Source of the DNA: an uncultured Candidatus Binatia bacterium
GTDB taxonomy: Bacteria > Desulfobacterota > Binatia > UBA9968 > CAXXLF01
Reading direction: 5' to 3'
DNA length: 64,000 bases
Assembly (NCBI GenBank): GCA_965218425.1
Contig: OZ244621.1
Coordinates: forward strand, 2,976,001 to 3,040,000
A model generated the notes under the pieces. That model ran no database searches. It saw only the letters and a list, made by a program, of their open reading frames with translations, and was not told the origin of the DNA. The translations under genes were made by a program, and so were the position numbers. Positions 60,613-64,000 of the stretch are shown here, piece by piece (positions within the stretch are counted from its first letter, which is position 1; each line of letters opens with the position of its first letter).

Positions 60613-61728
60613 GTGGAACTCATGATCACCATTCAGGATCTGGGCAAGGTATTTAAAGCCAAGGACAGTGAGGTCGTCGCCCTGCATGACCTCAACCTTC
60701 AAGTAGAACCGGGTGAGTTCTTTGTATTACTGGGGCCAAGCGGGTCCGGTAAGACAACGCTCCTTCGTTGTGTGGCAGGTTTAGAAAAAGCGGACCAGGG
60801 CGAGATGTACTTGGCTGGGAGATGCGTGTTCTCCAGTGCGCGGCGGATACTCGTGCCGGCTGAGGACCGGAAAGTTGGGATGGTATTCCAATCCTACGCC
60901 ATCTGGCCGCACCTGACGGTCTTTCAAAACGTTGCTCTTCCCCTCAGGCACGGGAAAGGCAAGATTCCCAAAGCAATGATCACAGACCGGGTGCGGCGGG
61001 CATTGGCACTGGTGGGTTTGGAAGAGATGGAGTCGCGACCGTCCCCCCTCCTTAGCGGAGGTCAGCAACAGCGAGTAGCCCTGGCCCGGGCATTAGCCAT
61101 TGAACCCTCAATCCTGCTCATGGACGAGCCCCTCAGCAACCTGGATGCCCGGCTGCGGGAGGAGGTGCGCGCCGAGATCAAGGCGCTTGTGGAGAGGTTG
61201 GGAGTCACGGTCCTTTACGTGACGCACGATCAGGCTGAGGCTATGGACCTGGCCGATCGAGTAGCGGTTATGCATCATGGTGGCGTGCTTCAACTAGGAG
61301 CGCCCGAAGATCTGTATATGTTTCCGGCTCACTCCGAAGTGGCTCAGTTCCTCGGCTCAACAAATTGGCTGCAAGGCGAGATGGGGGCTGATGAGGTAGT
61401 ACAGACCTCTGTCGGCAAATTGCACACCAAAGCGGACGGCAGGTTCGGTCCACACGATTCCGTGACGCTCGCAATCCGGCCCGAGAGCATCGAACTTCTC
61501 GCAGATGCTCCAGAGGGCGACCTCGCTGAGAACTCATTCAGCGGTGAGATCATCTCCGCCCGGTTCTTGGGAGATCACCGGCTTTATACCATTAGGGTAA
61601 ACGATGCAACGCTCCTTGTAAGGACTGCGCAATCCCAGAAGCTAACGGGCCAGGTTCACGTCAGGATAGCCAGAACAGACATCCGGCTGTTCCCCAAGGA
61701 TGCCGCTGGACAAACGGCGAACTCGTAG
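60613..61728 (+). CDS. ABC transporter ATP-binding protein with TOBE domain
   Basis: GPSGSGKT, LSGGQQQR, LLMDEPLSNLD, VTHDQ. Confidence 0.93.
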   Translation: MELMITIQDLGKVFKAKDSEVVALHDLNLQVEPGEFFVLLGPSGSGKTTLLRCVAGLEKADQGEMYLAGRCVFSSARRILVPAEDRKVGMVFQSYAIWPHLTVFQNVALPLRHGKGKIPKAMITDRVRRALALVGLEEMESRPSPLLSGGQQQRVALARALAIEPSILLMDEPLSNLDARLREEVRAEIKALVERLGVTVLYVTHDQAEAMDLADRVAVMHHGGVLQLGAPEDLYMFPAHSEVAQFLGSTNWLQGEMGADEVVQTSVGKLHTKADGRFGPHDSVTLAIRPESIELLADAPEGDLAENSFSGEIISARFLGDHRLYTIRVNDATLLVRTAQSQKLTGQVHVRIARTDIRLFPKDAAGQTANS

Positions 61729-61769
61729 CAAATGCCCCGGCTCTGATTTGTAGCATGAAACTACTCCAA

Positions 61770-62819
61770 TGCCGTTGGCGGGCGCAAGCTGCCGTCGCAG
61801 GCTTCCAGGGGATGGAGCGGAACGCATGATGAGCTACGGAACAAGCAACGGAAGTAGCCGGTCATCGGGGTAGAGAAGCCAAGGAGAAGCTGAGTCCCAG
61901 GGGCCGCAGGGCAGGACGAGAAACCGGCCCCCTGCAAGCGCAAGATTGGGAAGATTAAGAGTTTTCTGAACTCCAGCCCCAACAACATCGGCTCCAGTGC
62001 TACCGAGCCCAAGAGCAACACCACCGATCCCCAAAGCGCCAAGATGTGGACGAACCACGCAGTGGTTCAGGGCTACAACGGATTGGCAGTGGTGGATGAA
62101 AAACATCGAGTCATGGTCAAGGCTAAAGCCCACGGGGGCAGGACAGCAATCGCACTTGCTTGAGCCCATGGTTGAGAGCACGGGGGAAGAACTCAAAGCT
62201 GTTAAGATGGCCCAAGATGTTTACCAACGAACGAAGTGACCGCCGACGCGGGTTATCCCGGCGGAGCATGGGTCAGTTGCGCCCCAGACAACGGCCTGGA
62301 TGCCTAATGGCCGATGGCAGCTATCGCCAGGGTGATCGAGCATTTGCGGATTACCGTCGGTGTAAGGTTCGATTCCGAAAAGACAAGGGTCGTTATTATG
62401 GGATTGATTCTCACGGTTTCACGGCTAAAGAGTTCATTTACGATGAGAGGAATCGGAGTTGTGGTTGTCCGGCGGGAAATCGCCTGTAGCGTAACGGCAA
62501 CGACATCAACGTCCATGGGTTTATCGGCATGAAGTTTTGCGGCGCCAAGTGGGTATGCGGGCCAGGCATGCTGAGAGAGGGTTGTCTAAAGACGCCTAAG
62601 ACAACCGAGACCGGGCAGGTGAGCATCTTTATGGACCGTTCTGACCAAACTAAGGACAGCCCGATGGAAAGGATGAAACGGAGGTTCGACACCTTATTCG
62701 GCCAGTTCATCTACGACATGCGGCTTGGGGTCGTGGAGCCGGTGTTCGGCAATCTGAAAAACAAGGGGATGGGTCGATTCACGCTACGGGGAAAGAAGAA
62801 AGTAAATACTCAATGGCAG
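61770..62819 (+). mobile_element. Degraded IS1182-family transposase remnant
   Basis: Fragments in shifting frames: KLPSQASRGWSGT, SNTTDPQSAKM...VQGYNG, VTADAGY, VEPVFGNLK...RFTLRGKKKV; internal stops. Confidence 0.8.
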
Positions 62820-62882
62820 TGCCCTGAAATGATAGATTTTTGGCGGTTTTTTGCTGCTCCACTGAAATGAACTAGGGCCTGC

Positions 62883-63413
62883 TCAAGCGGGGGCCTTTTC
62901 TTCACCCTTCCAATCGGGGGAGTTCTCCACCTGCTCGAACATGTTTCCCAGCACCTTAGCAAATGGGTTGTAGCGGAAGGCCATCCACCTGGCGGGCGCC
63001 CCTTTGACTTTATTGTAGTGCTTGTGGGTACAGCCTTCGGGCTTCACCGGCAGGATAATCAGGTCCCACTTGTCCCATTCCACTCTCTGATTGTCCAATT
63101 CCGTATGTCCTTCACCTTCGAGGACAAATATCTGAATTCCTCCCTGGTGCTTGTGCTTTCCTGAATGGACCTTGATATCATGAATAAAACAGGTCCATTC
63201 GGTAGCCGCCGTGTCATCATGACCGTGCCAGGAAAGAAAGGTCTTCGTTAAGCCCTGGCGACCCTGGTGCCAGGGACGCTCCTTGGCCTTGATTACGATC
63301 TTGCCCGACTTGGCACGATCCCTGGCCTCGGCGTTTAACCTCAGCGTGTTCTCGTAGTGCTCTCCCTGGTCTTTCTGTACGGGCTCTTTCTCTCTTACCC
63401 TTTCCCTCTCCAT
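62883..63413 (-). CDS. Cupin protein, MERERVREKEP family, paralogue 3
   Basis: Start placed at ATG 63413 after AAAGGAG; HSGKHKHQGG, THKHY. Confidence 0.85.
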   Translation of the reverse strand: MERERVREKEPVQKDQGEHYENTLRLNAEARDRAKSGKIVIKAKERPWHQGRQGLTKTFLSWHGHDDTAATEWTCFIHDIKVHSGKHKHQGGIQIFVLEGEGHTELDNQRVEWDKWDLIILPVKPEGCTHKHYNKVKGAPARWMAFRYNPFAKVLGNMFEQVENSPDWKGEEKAPA

Positions 63414-63459
63414 GTTCAAAACTCCTTTTTTCGGTACTAAATGACCTAGTCCGTGCGGA

Positions 63460-63993
63460 TCAAGCCGAGGTACTTTTTTCTTCACCCTTCCAATCAGGAG
63501 AGTTCTCCACTTGATCAAACATGTTGCCAAGCACACTAGTAAACGGATGATACCGAAAGGCCATCCACTTGGCAGGTGAACCTTTTACCTTATTATAGTG
63601 TTTGTGGGTGCAGCCATTGGGTTTCACGGGGAGGATGATCAGGTCCCATTTCTCCCACTCAACTTTTTCATTATCCACTTCTGTATATCCGTCCCCTTCG
63701 AGAACAAACAACTGGATTCCACCCTGGTGCCGATGTTTTCCCGAATGGGCTTTCACGTCATGGATAAAGCATGTCCAGTCTTGTGCAGCCGTGTCATCCA
63801 TGTCATGCCAGGCGAGGTATGATTTGATAAACCCCTGTTTGCCTTGACTCCAGGGGCGCTCTTTGCCCTTGATGACGATCTTGCCTTTCTTGGCACGTTC
63901 CCTGGCCTCGGCGTTGAGTCTCAATGTGTTTTCGTAATGCTCTCCCTGGTCTTTTTGTACCGGTTCTTTCTCTCTGACTCGTTCTCTCTCCAT
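63460..63993 (-). CDS. Cupin protein, MERERVREKEP family, paralogue 4 (tandem with paralogue 3)
   Basis: HSGKHRHQGG, WEKWDLIILP, THKHY. Confidence 0.85.
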   Translation of the reverse strand: MERERVREKEPVQKDQGEHYENTLRLNAEARERAKKGKIVIKGKERPWSQGKQGFIKSYLAWHDMDDTAAQDWTCFIHDVKAHSGKHRHQGGIQLFVLEGDGYTEVDNEKVEWEKWDLIILPVKPNGCTHKHYNKVKGSPAKWMAFRYHPFTSVLGNMFDQVENSPDWKGEEKSTSA

Positions 63994-64000
63994 GTATGTT

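Noticed and set aside
63414..63536. 41-aa N-terminal extension of cupin paralogue 3 in the ORF track
   Set aside because: It overlaps paralogue 4; the RBS and paralogue alignment place the start at 63413.

Overview
Bacterial chromosomal window with two distinct halves. 1-23.5 kb is a co-oriented housekeeping block: cpoB (partial), ribF, rluD, rho, rpsB-tsf-pyrH-frr-uppS-cdsA-dxr-rseP-tsaB, DUF465, ilvB-ilvN-ilvC-psd-pssA-leuA-leuB-asd-truA. Gene order and protein style suggest a deltaproteobacterium-like lineage such as Candidatus Binatia (inference only). 23.9-31.3 kb holds miscellaneous enzymes and a glutaredoxin/NrdH-like gene missed by the ORF track, with an in-frame UGA in a U-x-x-C motif followed by a SECIS-like hairpin, i.e. 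a probable selenoprotein. 31.3-64 kb is an accessory (hetero)aromatic-catabolism-like region: three paralogous Rieske oxygenase alpha subunits with no reductase, two beta-hydroxyacid dehydrogenases, UbiD, two amidohydrolases, a class II aldolase, a CADD/PqqC-like diiron protein, CoxS/CoxM without CoxL, two MFS transporters, an ABC importer between IS481 and IS1182 remnants, and four paralogous cupins sharing an invariant MERERVREKEP N-terminus. The best candidate for an undescribed system is the cluster at 48.1-54.3 kb: a 3-His cupin, a ligand-less cupin, a EutA-like ASKHA protein with altered phosphate motifs, a Cdc48-like AAA+ with a natural Walker-B E-to-Q in D2, and a class II aldolase. 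Intergenic gaps carry several families of palindromic and nested repeats. No rRNA, tRNA or CRISPR array was recognised.
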